Part shown: piece after piece, positions 17,030-26,650 of the stretch
Layout: each line of letters starts with the position of its first letter
Numbering within the stretch: position 1 is the first letter of the stretch
From: Prosthecobacter sp.
Lineage (GTDB): Bacteria > Verrucomicrobiota > Verrucomicrobiia > Verrucomicrobiales > Verrucomicrobiaceae
Assembly: GCA_046316935.1 (NCBI GenBank)
Contig: JBKCXA010000347.1
Coordinates: 1 to 48,065 of the forward strand
DNA: 48,065 bases
Reading direction: 5' to 3'
Notes under the pieces: generated by a model
Database searches by the model: none
The model's input: only the letters and a program-made list of their open reading frames with translations
Told to the model about the DNA's origin: nothing
Position numbers and translations under genes: made by a program

Positions 17030-17812
17030 TCACTGACCACCCTTCGCGGCATTTTCATCGTAGCGATGCAGTGGGCGGACCCAAATGTTCCGGTAGCGGG
17101 TGGGGTTATGGTGATCCTGGAGGGCGAAACCGAACTCCTGCACCTTGGTGTCGAGAGCGACGGCGTGATGCACCAGGATGCCGTTGTGCAGGACGGTGAG
17201 ACGGGCTGGCTGGATGACCTTCCCCGCGGCATCCAGCCGGGCGCATTCACAGATGATGTCGTAGCTCTGCCACTCGCCGGGATTGCGGCAGGCGTTCACG
17301 AGCGGCGGATACTGATGGTAGATGGCGGCGGCCTGACCATCGGGATACGTGTCATTGCCATAGGAGTCGAGCACCTGCACCTCGCCCCAGCCATGGAGTA
17401 GCACCCCGCTGTTTCCCCTGCCCTGCCCCTTGCCGCTGACCTCGGCGGGCGTGGCCCATTCGAGGTGGATCTGGCAGGAGCCAAACTTGTCCTTCGTCTC
17501 GATGCTGCCGGATTTGCCGACGATCTCGGCGTAGCCGTTTTCGACCTTCCACTTCGGCGTGTCCGAGGTATCCGCATCGTCCTTGCGGGGCTGGCGGCGG
17601 AACTTGGAGAGGTCTTTTCCATCAAAGAGCACCACGGCATCACTCGGCGCGGTGGTGGCACCCGGTGGGGTGATGACCGTGGGGCGCGGGCGGTTCATAT
17701 CGCCCTGCGGGTAGATGCCGCCAGGGGTGAGCGGTTTGTCTTTTTTCGGTTCGGCCGCGGAAAGCGTCAGAGCGAGTGATGGTAGCAGAAGGATCGAGAG
17801 GCGGGAGGTCAT
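17030..17812 (-). CDS. Secreted DUF1080 protein
   Basis: APSDAVVLFDGKDLS, QIHLEW, GNSGV, EVQVLDS, GEWQSYDI, LQDH.N..RYRNIW; start ATG 17812. Confidence 0.9.
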   Translation of the reverse strand: MTSRLSILLLPSLALTLSAAEPKKDKPLTPGGIYPQGDMNRPRPTVITPPGATTAPSDAVVLFDGKDLSKFRRQPRKDDADTSDTPKWKVENGYAEIVGKSGSIETKDKFGSCQIHLEWATPAEVSGKGQGRGNSGVLLHGWGEVQVLDSYGNDTYPDGQAAAIYHQYPPLVNACRNPGEWQSYDIICECARLDAAGKVIQPARLTVLHNGILVHHAVALDTKVQEFGFALQDHHNPTRYRNIWVRPLHRYDENAAKGGQ

Positions 17813-17909
17813 GGTGGGAAGCCAACGCCACTGCTGCGCTGGCTGTTTCACGCGGTGGCGATGACGGCGCTTGAACTCCCCCGCGTCCTGATTCAGACCT
17901 CCACACACT

Positions 17910-18722
17910 ATGTGGACCCCCATCAAGACCTTCACCGACATCAAACTGGAGAAATCCGAGGACGGCATCGCCAAGATCACGATCAACCGCCCGGAGGTGC
18001 GCAATGCCTTCCGTCCGCTCACGGTGCGGGAGATGCTGGAGGCCTTTGACATCGTGCATGAGGACCGGGACGTGGGCGTCATCATCCTCTGCGGCGAAGG
18101 CCCGCTGGCCTTCTGCAGCGGTGGCGATCAAAAGGTCCGCGGTGACGCGGGCTATGTGGGTGATGACGGCGTGCCGCGCCTGAACATCCTCGACGTGCAG
18201 CGGAAGATCCGCACGCTGCCAAAGCCGGTCGTGGCGATGGTGGCGGGCTACGCCATCGGCGGCGGGCATGTGCTGCATGTCGTGTGCGATCTGACCATCG
18301 CCGCGGACAACGCGAAATTTGGCCAGACAGGCCCGAAGGTGGGCAGTTTTGATGGCGGACTCGGCAGCAGCTACCTCGCCCGCATTGTCGGCCAAAAGAA
18401 GGCACGGGAAATCTGGTATCTCTGCCGCCAGTATGATGCGCAGCAGGCGCTCGACATGGGCCTCGTGAACACCGTGGTGCCGCTGGAGAAGCTGGAGGAG
18501 GAGACCGTGAAATGGTGCCGCGAGATGCTGCAGCATTCACCGATGGCGCTGCGCTGCCTCAAAGCCTGCCTCAACGCCGATTGCGACGGCCAGATGGGCC
18601 TGCTCGATCTCGCCGGCAATGCCACGCTGCTTTACTACATGAGCGAGGAGGCCCAAGAGGGTAAAAAAGCCTTCGTGGAGAAACGAAAGCCGGACTTCTC
18701 GAAGTTCCCACGTTATCCCTGA
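17910..18722 (+). CDS. menB: 1,4-dihydroxy-2-naphthoyl-CoA synthase
   Basis: [51 protein letters not shown]. Confidence 0.97.
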   Translation: MWTPIKTFTDIKLEKSEDGIAKITINRPEVRNAFRPLTVREMLEAFDIVHEDRDVGVIILCGEGPLAFCSGGDQKVRGDAGYVGDDGVPRLNILDVQRKIRTLPKPVVAMVAGYAIGGGHVLHVVCDLTIAADNAKFGQTGPKVGSFDGGLGSSYLARIVGQKKAREIWYLCRQYDAQQALDMGLVNTVVPLEKLEEETVKWCREMLQHSPMALRCLKACLNADCDGQMGLLDLAGNATLLYYMSEEAQEGKKAFVEKRKPDFSKFPRYP

Positions 18723-19426
18723 TGACCATGCGCGTCCTCGTCCTCCTGTTTCTGTGTTTTCTGAGCGTCATTGATGCAGGCCGTGCCGGCACGCTGGACG
18801 CGATCACCTTTGCCGCCGAGCCTGGAAAGCTCTTCATCCCCGTGAATGAGGCCGTGGATGAACTCGGCTGGCCGATCGCTCGGGACGACCAAGGCCGGAC
18901 CATCCAGCTAAACGCTTCCGACGTGAGTCCCGGCACGCTCAAGCAACTGCTCGACGGCACGGAACTGGTCAGCACCGCGCAACTGGCCGCCGCAGGGGCC
19001 GCGGTCGCGGACAAGAACGCCGAAGGCGAAGTAAGAGTCGGCGGCTTCTTCCGCGGCTTCACCCTCCGGGCCGGAGCGCAACGGGTCGAGGTGAGCCTGA
19101 AGAACCAACGGCTCAAGGGCTGGCAGGGAGATCGGCTGGTGATCGAGACAAAGATCAGCTCCGGCCGCAACGGAGCCACTCCCGCTGGCGAGTTCCGAGC
19201 CGGCCCCTACCGTTCGAAGCTGCATTTTTCGAGCCTTTACAACAATGCCCCGATGCCTTGGAGCGTGCAGATCAACCGCCACATCTTCATCCACGGCTTC
19301 AGCAGCGTGCCCGATTACCCGGCCTCCCACGGCTGCATCCGAATGCCCCTCACCGGAGGCAATGCAGCCCGCTTCTTTTACGAGTGGGTGCTCTCAGGCA
19401 CGCCAGTGAGTGTGAAGAAGGATTGA
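18722..19426 (+). CDS. L,D-transpeptidase (YkuD) family protein
   Basis: ISSGR..ATP.G.F, PMPWS, IHGF...PASHGCIR catalytic motif; N-terminal signal peptide. Confidence 0.88.
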   Translation: MTMRVLVLLFLCFLSVIDAGRAGTLDAITFAAEPGKLFIPVNEAVDELGWPIARDDQGRTIQLNASDVSPGTLKQLLDGTELVSTAQLAAAGAAVADKNAEGEVRVGGFFRGFTLRAGAQRVEVSLKNQRLKGWQGDRLVIETKISSGRNGATPAGEFRAGPYRSKLHFSSLYNNAPMPWSVQINRHIFIHGFSSVPDYPASHGCIRMPLTGGNAARFFYEWVLSGTPVSVKKD

Positions 19427-19433
19427 TCTCCCT

Positions 19434-20960
19434 TCACTTCGCGAAGTGCTTGCGGATGGCTTCGACGAGGCCGGGGATGGTGTAGGACTTGGCTTCGACG
19501 GCGATGGGCAGCTCGTGCTTTTTGAGCGTCTTGCTGGTGACGGGGCCGATGCTGGCGATCTCGCAGTTCTCCGGGATCGGCACGCCGAGCTCGAGGAAGT
19601 GCTCGACGGTGGAGGAACTGGTGAAGGTGATCATGTCCGCGCCTTCGTTCTTCAGGCGGGCGAGGGCTTCGAGGTTGTCCTCACGCTCGGCGACGGTGCG
19701 GTAGGCGATGGCCTCATCGACGATGGCACGCAGGCCGGTGAGTTCGTTGGCGATGACCTCGCGGGTCTCCTCGGCCTTCACCCAGAGAATCATCTGGTTT
19801 TCGATGTCGTGGTTGTCCTTGAAGGCTTTCACGAGGCCTTCGGCGACGAAGTCCTTCTCCGGCATCAAATCGACGGCGAGGTGACGTGCCTTCACCTTTT
19901 CCGCGGTGCCGGGGCCGATGCACGCGATGCGGGCGGCGCCGATGGAACGCGTGTCGCTGTAAAGCTTGTCGAACATTTTGAAGAAGGCATCGACACCGTT
20001 CGGGCTGGTGAAGACGATCCAGTCATATTTGTGGCAGTCCTGCACCAGCTCGCCAAAGCCGAGCAGGTCGTTGGGCTCCTCAATCCGGATGGTGGGCAGC
20101 TCGATGACATCCGCGCCGAGCTCGATGAGCTGGCGGCTAAGCACGCCGGCCTGCTGGCGGGTGCGGGTGACGACGATGCGCTTGCCAAAGAGCGGGCGGT
20201 TTTCGAACCAGTTGATGTTCTCACGCTCGGTGACGACATCGCCGACGACGGCGACGGCGGGCGCTTTAAAGCCGGTCTCCTTCACCTTCTGCGCCATGGT
20301 GCCGAGCGTGGCGACGAGGGTCTGCTGGCGGCCGGTGGTGGCCCAGCGGACGAGCGCCATGGGCGTCTCCGCCTTGGCACCGTGCTTGATGAGCTCGCCG
20401 GTGATCTCTTCCATGCGCTCGACGCCCATGAGGAAGACCTTGGTGCCCTCCGCCTGGGCGAGCTTGGCATAGTTGAGCGAGGTCTCGCTCTTGGTGGGGT
20501 CCTCGTGGCCGGTGAAGATGGTCAACTGGGAGGCGTGGGAGCGATGCGTGACAGGAATGCCCGCGTAAGCCGGCCCGGCGATGGCGGAAGTGATGCCTGG
20601 AACGATCTCAAAGCGCACGCCGGCCTCCAGCAGTTCCGCGGCTTCCTCGGCGCCGCGTCCGAAGAGGACCGGATCTCCACCTTTCAGGCGCGTGACGACC
20701 TTGCCTTCCTTGGTGAGCTTGACGATGAGCTTGTTGATCTCGTCTTGAGAGAGGGTGTGATCCCCTGCCTTTTTGCCCACGTAGATGCGCTCGGCACCCG
20801 GTTTGCCATGGCGGAGCAGGTCGGCATTCACCAGGTAATCGTAAACCAGCACGTCCGCGGCGGCGATGCACTCCTTCCCTTTGATCGTGAGCAGGCCGGG
20901 ATCGCCCGGGCCCGCGCCGACGAGGTAACAAATGCCAGTGGAAGGAGTCTTTTTAGCCAT
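19434..20960 (-). CDS. cobA: Uroporphyrinogen-III C-methyltransferase / uroporphyrinogen-III synthase fusion (CobA-HemD)
   Basis: LVGAGPGDPGLLT, RLKGGDP..FGRGAEE, GIPVTHR; second domain PLFGKRIVVTR, FTSPNGV, FTSSSTV, SIGPVT. Confidence 0.95.
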   Translation of the reverse strand: MAKKTPSTGICYLVGAGPGDPGLLTIKGKECIAAADVLVYDYLVNADLLRHGKPGAERIYVGKKAGDHTLSQDEINKLIVKLTKEGKVVTRLKGGDPVLFGRGAEEAAELLEAGVRFEIVPGITSAIAGPAYAGIPVTHRSHASQLTIFTGHEDPTKSETSLNYAKLAQAEGTKVFLMGVERMEEITGELIKHGAKAETPMALVRWATTGRQQTLVATLGTMAQKVKETGFKAPAVAVVGDVVTERENINWFENRPLFGKRIVVTRTRQQAGVLSRQLIELGADVIELPTIRIEEPNDLLGFGELVQDCHKYDWIVFTSPNGVDAFFKMFDKLYSDTRSIGAARIACIGPGTAEKVKARHLAVDLMPEKDFVAEGLVKAFKDNHDIENQMILWVKAEETREVIANELTGLRAIVDEAIAYRTVAEREDNLEALARLKNEGADMITFTSSSTVEHFLELGVPIPENCEIASIGPVTSKTLKKHELPIAVEAKSYTIPGLVEAIRKHFAK

Positions 20961-21053
20961 GAGGGCCGCCACTGTGCCGAGTGGGAGAGAAGCCGCAAGG
21001 GCGGTGATGCTTTGGAAGCAGCCGCCCTTGCAGAAAAGATTCTGTCCGCCGCA

Positions 21054-23054
21054 TCACGGCGTGGCGATGCTGGCGCTGGTCCTCACATTTCGCGTGGGAG
21101 CGTAGGTGTAGCCAGACAGCGTGATGCCGGTGACGGTGAAGGTGAACGTGCCTCGGTTCTTCGTGCGGGACGAGGTGAAGGCCGCGTTGCCGCTGGTGTT
21201 GGTGGTGCGTGAAACGGTGCCAGTGGTCAGACCCGACCACTGTCCTGTGACGGTGGCACTTGGCACGACGGCACCATTTTGATTGCGCACGGTGACCGTG
21301 GCCGTGGCCGAGTAACCCTGCCTCGTGCTGCTGAGGGTCATGGTGATGTTGCCGACATAGACCACGTTGTTGTTCTGCACGACGATGACGACGGTGTCCG
21401 CGACGGAGGAGAGGCCGCTGTTGTCCACCACGACGAGGGAGGCGGTGTAGGTGCCGGGATTGGCGTAACTCTTCACCGGGTTGGCGGCTGTGGAGGAGGT
21501 GCCATCACCGAAATCCCAGTCGTAGGCGACGATGGTGCCGTCCGGATCGTAGGAACCGGTGCTGGAGAAGCTCACGGCGAGAGGCGCGGCACCACTCGTC
21601 GGCGCGGAGGCATCCGCGACAGCGATCGGGGCCTGACCATTCACCGGCACGACGGTGCCGGTGAGGCTGAACTGCCCGAGGCTGCTGTAGTCGTCGTAGG
21701 CGGTAAGGGGATCGCCCGTCCCGACGCCATCGACTGCGAGGTAGTAGGTGCCCTGGGCGAGCGTGGTGCTCAGCGTGGCATCGAGCGTGGCCGGATTGGC
21801 GGAGGTGACGAGGTTTCCGAGGCCGTCGTAGAGGGCGAGCTGGATGTCGAGGTTCGGCGAAGGCGCGGCGGGCAGCGCGGTGAAGCTCACAGGGCCGGCA
21901 CCGGTGGTAAACGAAAACAGATCCGCGTCCGTGCGGCGCTCGATGATGCCGCTGGCACTGAGCGAAGTGCCCGTCAACGAGGTGGCGTTCACAATGCTGT
22001 CCCCATGGGCATCCGTGCGGTAGCCTGTGACACCGGCGATGATGGCGGTGTCATCCTGGAGGTTGTTGGCATAAGGATAGTCACCCTTGCTCCAATGGAC
22101 GATGTCCTTGTAGTAGCCCACGCCCATGATCGGAGCCCAATTGGCATGGCCCTGGTAGTATCCCACTGCCGCCGTGGTGCCATAGGCCACCTGGCCGTCG
22201 TGGCTGAGATTGAAGGTGTGACCCGCCTCGTGGCTGGTGGCCTCGGCAGTGTACTTGGCGTTGCCATTGCCGAGCTGGGCGGTGAACACAAAGCAAGGCG
22301 TGTCGGAGTTCCAAGTGAAGGAGTTGAGGTAGGCCACGCCGCCTGCACCCGCGCCATACCAGTCGTAGCTGCTGCCGCCGATGCACACGCGGACGCCGAA
22401 CTGCGTGTCGGTGGTGGTCGTCTTGCGCAGCGCCTCAAGGCCCGGATCTTGGGTCGTCACATCCACATCAAAAGGGGCGTAGTCCTCGGCCACGCGCTGC
22501 CAGATCGAGTAGATGCTGTCGAGCTCCGATTGAGAAAAAGCCGTGCTGACCGTGGCATCATTCGAATAGGGGGGCGTCACAATGTTAGCTCCGCCCGTGA
22601 AACTGCTGTTCCATGAGGTGCCCGTGGTAGTGTGGCCATCAAAGTCGAGATAGATCACCTTGGAAGCCCCCGGCTTGCTGTGCAGGGCAAAGGCGTCCGT
22701 GACGGTGATGGCGGCCGCAGTGCCCCCGCTCGTGGCAGTCGTGGCATTGGCCACCGCGTTTTGCAGGGGAAGCAGCCCTTCGCACACGAAGTGCAGGCGG
22801 CCCTGACGGTCGCTACGAAGCGTTTTTTCCTGTGCACAAAGCTTCACCAAATCCGCGGCACTCCGGTCATACCAAGCGGCAACGTCATTCAGCTTGGCAC
22901 CAAGGAGCGCGGGGATCTCTTGGGAACGGCCCTGCCTTGGGAGGTTTTGTTGCGGAAAAGCTTCTCCGCGATGGTTTGTCTGAGCCTGAAGCGTGGCAGA
23001 GGTGATCAGAACAACCGCCAATCCGATCGAGTTAGTGAGGGTGGTGAGGCGCAT
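21054..23054 (-). CDS. Secreted zinc metalloprotease (metzincin) with PPC and PKD domains
   Basis: Signal peptide; IYLDFDGH, VAEDYAPFDVDVTT, HEAGHTFNLSHDG, Met-turn APIMG; PKD DPDGTIVAYDWDFGDG. Confidence 0.88.
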   Translation of the reverse strand: MRLTTLTNSIGLAVVLITSATLQAQTNHRGEAFPQQNLPRQGRSQEIPALLGAKLNDVAAWYDRSAADLVKLCAQEKTLRSDRQGRLHFVCEGLLPLQNAVANATTATSGGTAAAITVTDAFALHSKPGASKVIYLDFDGHTTTGTSWNSSFTGGANIVTPPYSNDATVSTAFSQSELDSIYSIWQRVAEDYAPFDVDVTTQDPGLEALRKTTTTDTQFGVRVCIGGSSYDWYGAGAGGVAYLNSFTWNSDTPCFVFTAQLGNGNAKYTAEATSHEAGHTFNLSHDGQVAYGTTAAVGYYQGHANWAPIMGVGYYKDIVHWSKGDYPYANNLQDDTAIIAGVTGYRTDAHGDSIVNATSLTGTSLSASGIIERRTDADLFSFTTGAGPVSFTALPAAPSPNLDIQLALYDGLGNLVTSANPATLDATLSTTLAQGTYYLAVDGVGTGDPLTAYDDYSSLGQFSLTGTVVPVNGQAPIAVADASAPTSGAAPLAVSFSSTGSYDPDGTIVAYDWDFGDGTSSTAANPVKSYANPGTYTASLVVVDNSGLSSVADTVVIVVQNNNVVYVGNITMTLSSTRQGYSATATVTVRNQNGAVVPSATVTGQWSGLTTGTVSRTTNTSGNAAFTSSRTKNRGTFTFTVTGITLSGYTYAPTRNVRTSASIATP

Positions 23055-23087
23055 GGTGAGGAAGGCATTTTTGCCTATTATTATATA

Positions 23088-23115
23088 ATTATCATAAAAC
23101 GGAGTTCGTCGTCAA
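23088..23115 (-). promoter_or_regulatory. Putative sigma70-type promoter of the metalloprotease gene
   Basis: Minus strand TTGACG-16nt-GATAAT within an AT-rich patch that also contains TATAAT. Confidence 0.5.
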
Positions 23116-23207
23116 CCTTCGCGATGGGTTACAACGCACAATTACGAAGATGCTTCGCATGCCTTGAATTTCCTTGGCAGCCAGTCCCTTGCGAGCCAGA
23201 GAAAGCC

Positions 23208-23651
23208 ATGCCGGATGTCTTCAGCAAAGCCAAGCGCAGCGAGGTGATGAGCCGCATCCGCTCGCATGGAAACAAGGACACCGAGCAGCGTCTGGCGGCG
23301 GTTTTCCGAGCGCATGGCATCACCGGTTGGCGGAGGCAGGTGGCGATCCGGTTCCATGTTTCAGGTTCGAAGTCCGTGCGCCCGGACTTCATTTTTCGCG
23401 CTCAAAGGCTCGCCGTTTTCGTCGATGGCTGTTTTTGGCACGGCTGCCCGGAACATTTTCGTCGGCCGCAGACCCGCCAGAAGTTCTGGGATGCCAAAAT
23501 CACCCGCAATCAGGCCCGTGATGCCGAGGTGACCAAGGCCCTGCGCAAAACCGGCTGGAGGGTGCTGCGCCTGTGGGAACATGATTTGGTCGCGAAGCGT
23601 GAAAAATGGCTGATCGCGAGGCTGCGGCGGCTGGGATTGCTCGACGCGTGA
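23208..23651 (+). CDS. vsr: Very short patch repair endonuclease
   Basis: MPDVFSKAKRSEVMSRIRS, RPDF, FVDGCFWHGC, FWDAKI.RN..RD, GWRVLRLWEH. Confidence 0.93.
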   Translation: MPDVFSKAKRSEVMSRIRSHGNKDTEQRLAAVFRAHGITGWRRQVAIRFHVSGSKSVRPDFIFRAQRLAVFVDGCFWHGCPEHFRRPQTRQKFWDAKITRNQARDAEVTKALRKTGWRVLRLWEHDLVAKREKWLIARLRRLGLLDA

Positions 23652-23681
23652 CACCTTTCGCGGGGCTCTTCGGATAATATC

Positions 23682-23770
23682 GAATATCGAACAAGGAACT
23701 CCGAATGATGAAGGCTGACGCTTCGCGGCCTGACGAAACTTCAGACTTCGACATTCCTTGTTCGATATTC
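23682..23770. repeat. Intergenic hairpin with perfect 17-bp inverted repeat (heptamer-type)
   Basis: gaatatcgaacaaggaa (23682-23698) and ttccttgttcgatattc (23754-23770). Confidence 0.85.
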
Positions 23771-23783
23771 CGCCTCCCGCCTC

Positions 23784-24131
23784 CTACTTCACGACTTTCC
23801 CACCAAGCGAAAGGATGCGTGCTTTGGACTTCGCGTCTTCCGCCTCGGCAATCTGTTTGTTCCTCACATACATCTGCGAGAGCGCCGTCCAGGCGAGGAG
23901 GTCATTCGGACGCAACGTGGTGGCCATCAAACCGGCACCGATGGCTTCGGTGACCTGCTCATTCTTCAGCAAAGCCATGCCAAGGGCATGCCAGCCGTCG
24001 AAAAAGCCGGGCTGAAGCTCCACGCACTTGCGGAACAGCGGGATCGACTCCGCCAGCTCGCCCAAGGCGACGTGGCCGTTGGCCTCGTCGAAGATTTCCT
24101 CCAACTCAGGACTGGGCGGAGTCTCGATCAC
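23784..24131 (-). CDS. Tetratricopeptide repeat protein
   Basis: TPR-like helices (PGFFDGWHALGMALLK, PNDLLAWTALSQMY); GTGA overlap with the upstream gene. Confidence 0.85.
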   Translation of the reverse strand: MIETPPSPELEEIFDEANGHVALGELAESIPLFRKCVELQPGFFDGWHALGMALLKNEQVTEAIGAGLMATTLRPNDLLAWTALSQMYVRNKQIAEAEDAKSKARILSLGGKVVK

Positions 24132-25666
24132 GCGGCGGTGTCGGTGCGCACCGGAACTTCGATGCGAGCTTCCTCGACCTTTTTGGCGAACCAGGCTTCG
24201 AAGATGCCATCGCCCTCTTTGCTGGCGAGGCTGTCAGCCTGCTGCTTGCGGAGGCTGGCGGCGTTGTCGCTCTTGCGCAGTTCCTTGGCATTTACATAGA
24301 CGAGCACGGTGCCCTTGTCGGTATCGACAGCTTGCGAGATTTGGCCGACACCGGTCTTTTGCGCCTCACGGGCGATCTGCGAGCTGTTCGGAATGTTCGG
24401 AGCGGGCGTGGCGGCATCGAGTTCGATCACCGGAGCCAGCGTGAGCTTCTTGTCCTTCACGAGGTCCTCGATCTTCTTTTTGTCCTTCAAACCAGCGACA
24501 AGGAAATCACGCGCCTCGTTCACCGCCTTCGTGCGGGCCTCGGCAGCTTTTTTCTCGACGATGCCGTCCTTCACCTTGTCCTTCACGGCGGCGAGTTCCT
24601 GCTGCGTCGGCTCCTCAATGGCGGAGACGGTGAAAACATACCATCCCTTGTCCGTCTTCACGGCGTCAGAGACCGGCTGGGACTTCGGCTGCGAGAAAAT
24701 GGCTTCCACGAGGGCGGCTTCCGTTTTCAGGGCTTCCGGCGGCGTGGCCTGCTCGAAGGCGGCGATGGTTTCGACCTTCTCCTTCAGCTCGGCGGCGAGT
24801 TTTTCGAGATTGGCCTCACGACCGGCGGCGAGCGCCTTTTCGGTGAAGGCATTCAAACGATCAGAGACGGCCTGTTGGAGCTTCGTGCGCTCTTCGAGAG
24901 GCTTTTTGTCGAGGTCCTTCGGCGTTTCGAAGAAGACATACTTCACCGCACGCTTCTCGATGGTCATGTAGCTTTCCTTGGCCTCGTCGTAGGCCTTCTT
25001 GATCTCGTCGTCGGTGACCTTGATGTCTTTTTTGAAGGCTTCTGTATCAAACGCGATGGTCGAGACCTTCATCGTTTGCTGATTGCTGGCATACTGCTTT
25101 TCCGCGGCGAAGCTGGAGGCGGCGTAGTTCTTCGTCACGAGCTCCTTGATCTTGTCGAGACCGATCTTGAGGCGCATGATGTCGAGCAAGTCGGCGGTGT
25201 TGAGGCCATACATGCCAGCGGTTTCTTCCACCTGCTGACCGCGGGACGGATCGAAGATGCCGTTCGGGCCTTGCATGTTCGGCAGCTTTTTCAGCGCTTC
25301 GACGGCTTCCGCATCGCTGGCGCGGATGCCATTGTCTTCGAGCACCTGCTTCAGCACGAGCGCGGTGCCGACGATGCCGCCGCCGCTGTTCGAGCCGTCC
25401 TGCTTGCCGAGGCTGCTGAGGCCGATGTAGAGATCAAACATGCTCAGGTGCTGCATCGCGAACTGCAGCGAGCGGCCCACCTGGCCCACCTCGGCATTCG
25501 TGTAGTCCTTGCCATACACAGTCATGGCATGATCGCTGGGCAGCGCCTGCGGGACCCCGGCGGTCTTGTCGAAGCGCCAGCCGCCCCAGACGGAGAAGGT
25601 GATGATGATGACGATCGTGAGGACGATCAAGAAGGCTCCACGATGGCGGCGAAAGAACTCAAGCAT
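24128..25666 (-). CDS. SurA N-terminal domain / PpiD-like periplasmic chaperone
   Basis: MLEFFRRH plus TM anchor; VTDDEIKKAYD, VSDAVKTDKGWYVF rotamase-like segments; start ATG 25666. Confidence 0.8.
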   Translation of the reverse strand: MLEFFRRHRGAFLIVLTIVIIITFSVWGGWRFDKTAGVPQALPSDHAMTVYGKDYTNAEVGQVGRSLQFAMQHLSMFDLYIGLSSLGKQDGSNSGGGIVGTALVLKQVLEDNGIRASDAEAVEALKKLPNMQGPNGIFDPSRGQQVEETAGMYGLNTADLLDIMRLKIGLDKIKELVTKNYAASSFAAEKQYASNQQTMKVSTIAFDTEAFKKDIKVTDDEIKKAYDEAKESYMTIEKRAVKYVFFETPKDLDKKPLEERTKLQQAVSDRLNAFTEKALAAGREANLEKLAAELKEKVETIAAFEQATPPEALKTEAALVEAIFSQPKSQPVSDAVKTDKGWYVFTVSAIEEPTQQELAAVKDKVKDGIVEKKAAEARTKAVNEARDFLVAGLKDKKKIEDLVKDKKLTLAPVIELDAATPAPNIPNSSQIAREAQKTGVGQISQAVDTDKGTVLVYVNAKELRKSDNAASLRKQQADSLASKEGDGIFEAWFAKKVEEARIEVPVRTDTAA

Positions 25667-25927
25667 GGGAAAACGGGGGGCTGGTAAGAAGGGAGGGCGG
25701 ATTAAGGCGCTGCCAGCCGGGGCGGCAACCGGAAAGTCGGGCCAGTTGTGAAAGAGCCATGGAGCATGATTCTCTGTTGTGCCTGGGCTCTCCTGCGGAA
25801 CCCCAAGGCCATTTGACCGTTTCTGTGCAGGCGGACCAAGGCCGGCCTTCCCGCTCGCAGGGCCTGTTCTTGAGTGGTTGACGCTTGGGCGTCTTCGTGC
25901 AACCTGCGCCCCCTTTCCACCTCCCGA

Positions 25928-26650
25928 ATGAAACACAGCTCACCGATCGCCTATTCCTTGAGGCACCCTGCCAAAGCCGCCTGGAAACTGCTGCGTGTGG
26001 TGCTCGGGCAGGTGGCCAAGGCGCGTAGTGTGGCGGATTCCAGGCTGCCTGAGGGCTTGGAGCCGCTTTTTCTGCTGCCGGACGAACGCCGCCATAACGC
26101 AACCTGCGAGAACATGTACATCTTTGGTGGCAGCCTCCAGCGCCAACGCCTCGACAACTTTGCCCGCTGGTCCGCCGCACGCTATCCCGGCGATTTTGTG
26201 GAGATCGGCGCTTTTAAGGGGGAGACCAGCAAACTGCTCGCCAAGGCGGCTGCTGAAACCGGCCGCCGCCTCATCGTCATTGACCCGTGGATGACCGGCA
26301 CGATGGACTGCGATGGCACGGAGCATGAGCAGTTCCTCGCCAACATCGCCCCCTGGAAGGAGCATGTGGATGTCTGGCGCGAATCGTCACTGGCTCCAGG
26401 CATCATTGCCCGGCTGAAGGAACGCCCCCTCTGCTTTGCCTTTGTGGATGGACTGCATACTCTGAAGGCGTGCTTTTCGGACATCATGGCGGCCGGGCAT
26501 GCCCAGGGCATCATCGCCACTGATGACGTGCGCTACAATCAGGACCTCGCTTTTGTCCATTGCCACGCGGCGCGGCTTCTTGGACGCGAGGCGGTCATTG
26601 ATCCTGACATGCGAGAAGCCTACATCCTGCCCCGTTCCGCCTCGAAATGA
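25928..26650 (+). CDS. Class I SAM-dependent methyltransferase
   Basis: FVEIGAFKGETS motif I, VIDPW, FAFVDGLH. Confidence 0.8.
   Translation: MKHSSPIAYSLRHPAKAAWKLLRVVLGQVAKARSVADSRLPEGLEPLFLLPDERRHNATCENMYIFGGSLQRQRLDNFARWSAARYPGDFVEIGAFKGETSKLLAKAAAETGRRLIVIDPWMTGTMDCDGTEHEQFLANIAPWKEHVDVWRESSLAPGIIARLKERPLCFAFVDGLHTLKACFSDIMAAGHAQGIIATDDVRYNQDLAFVHCHAARLLGREAVIDPDMREAYILPRSASK

Noticed and set aside
16919-18085. Extended starts for recA (17023) and DUF1080 (18085)
   Set aside because: The extensions would cover the LexA box/promoter and overlap menB; downstream ATGs give typical N-termini.
22632-23207. N-terminal extension of the 339-aa ORF containing vsr
   Set aside because: Overlaps the metalloprotease gene antisense; Vsr homology begins at MPDVF (23208).
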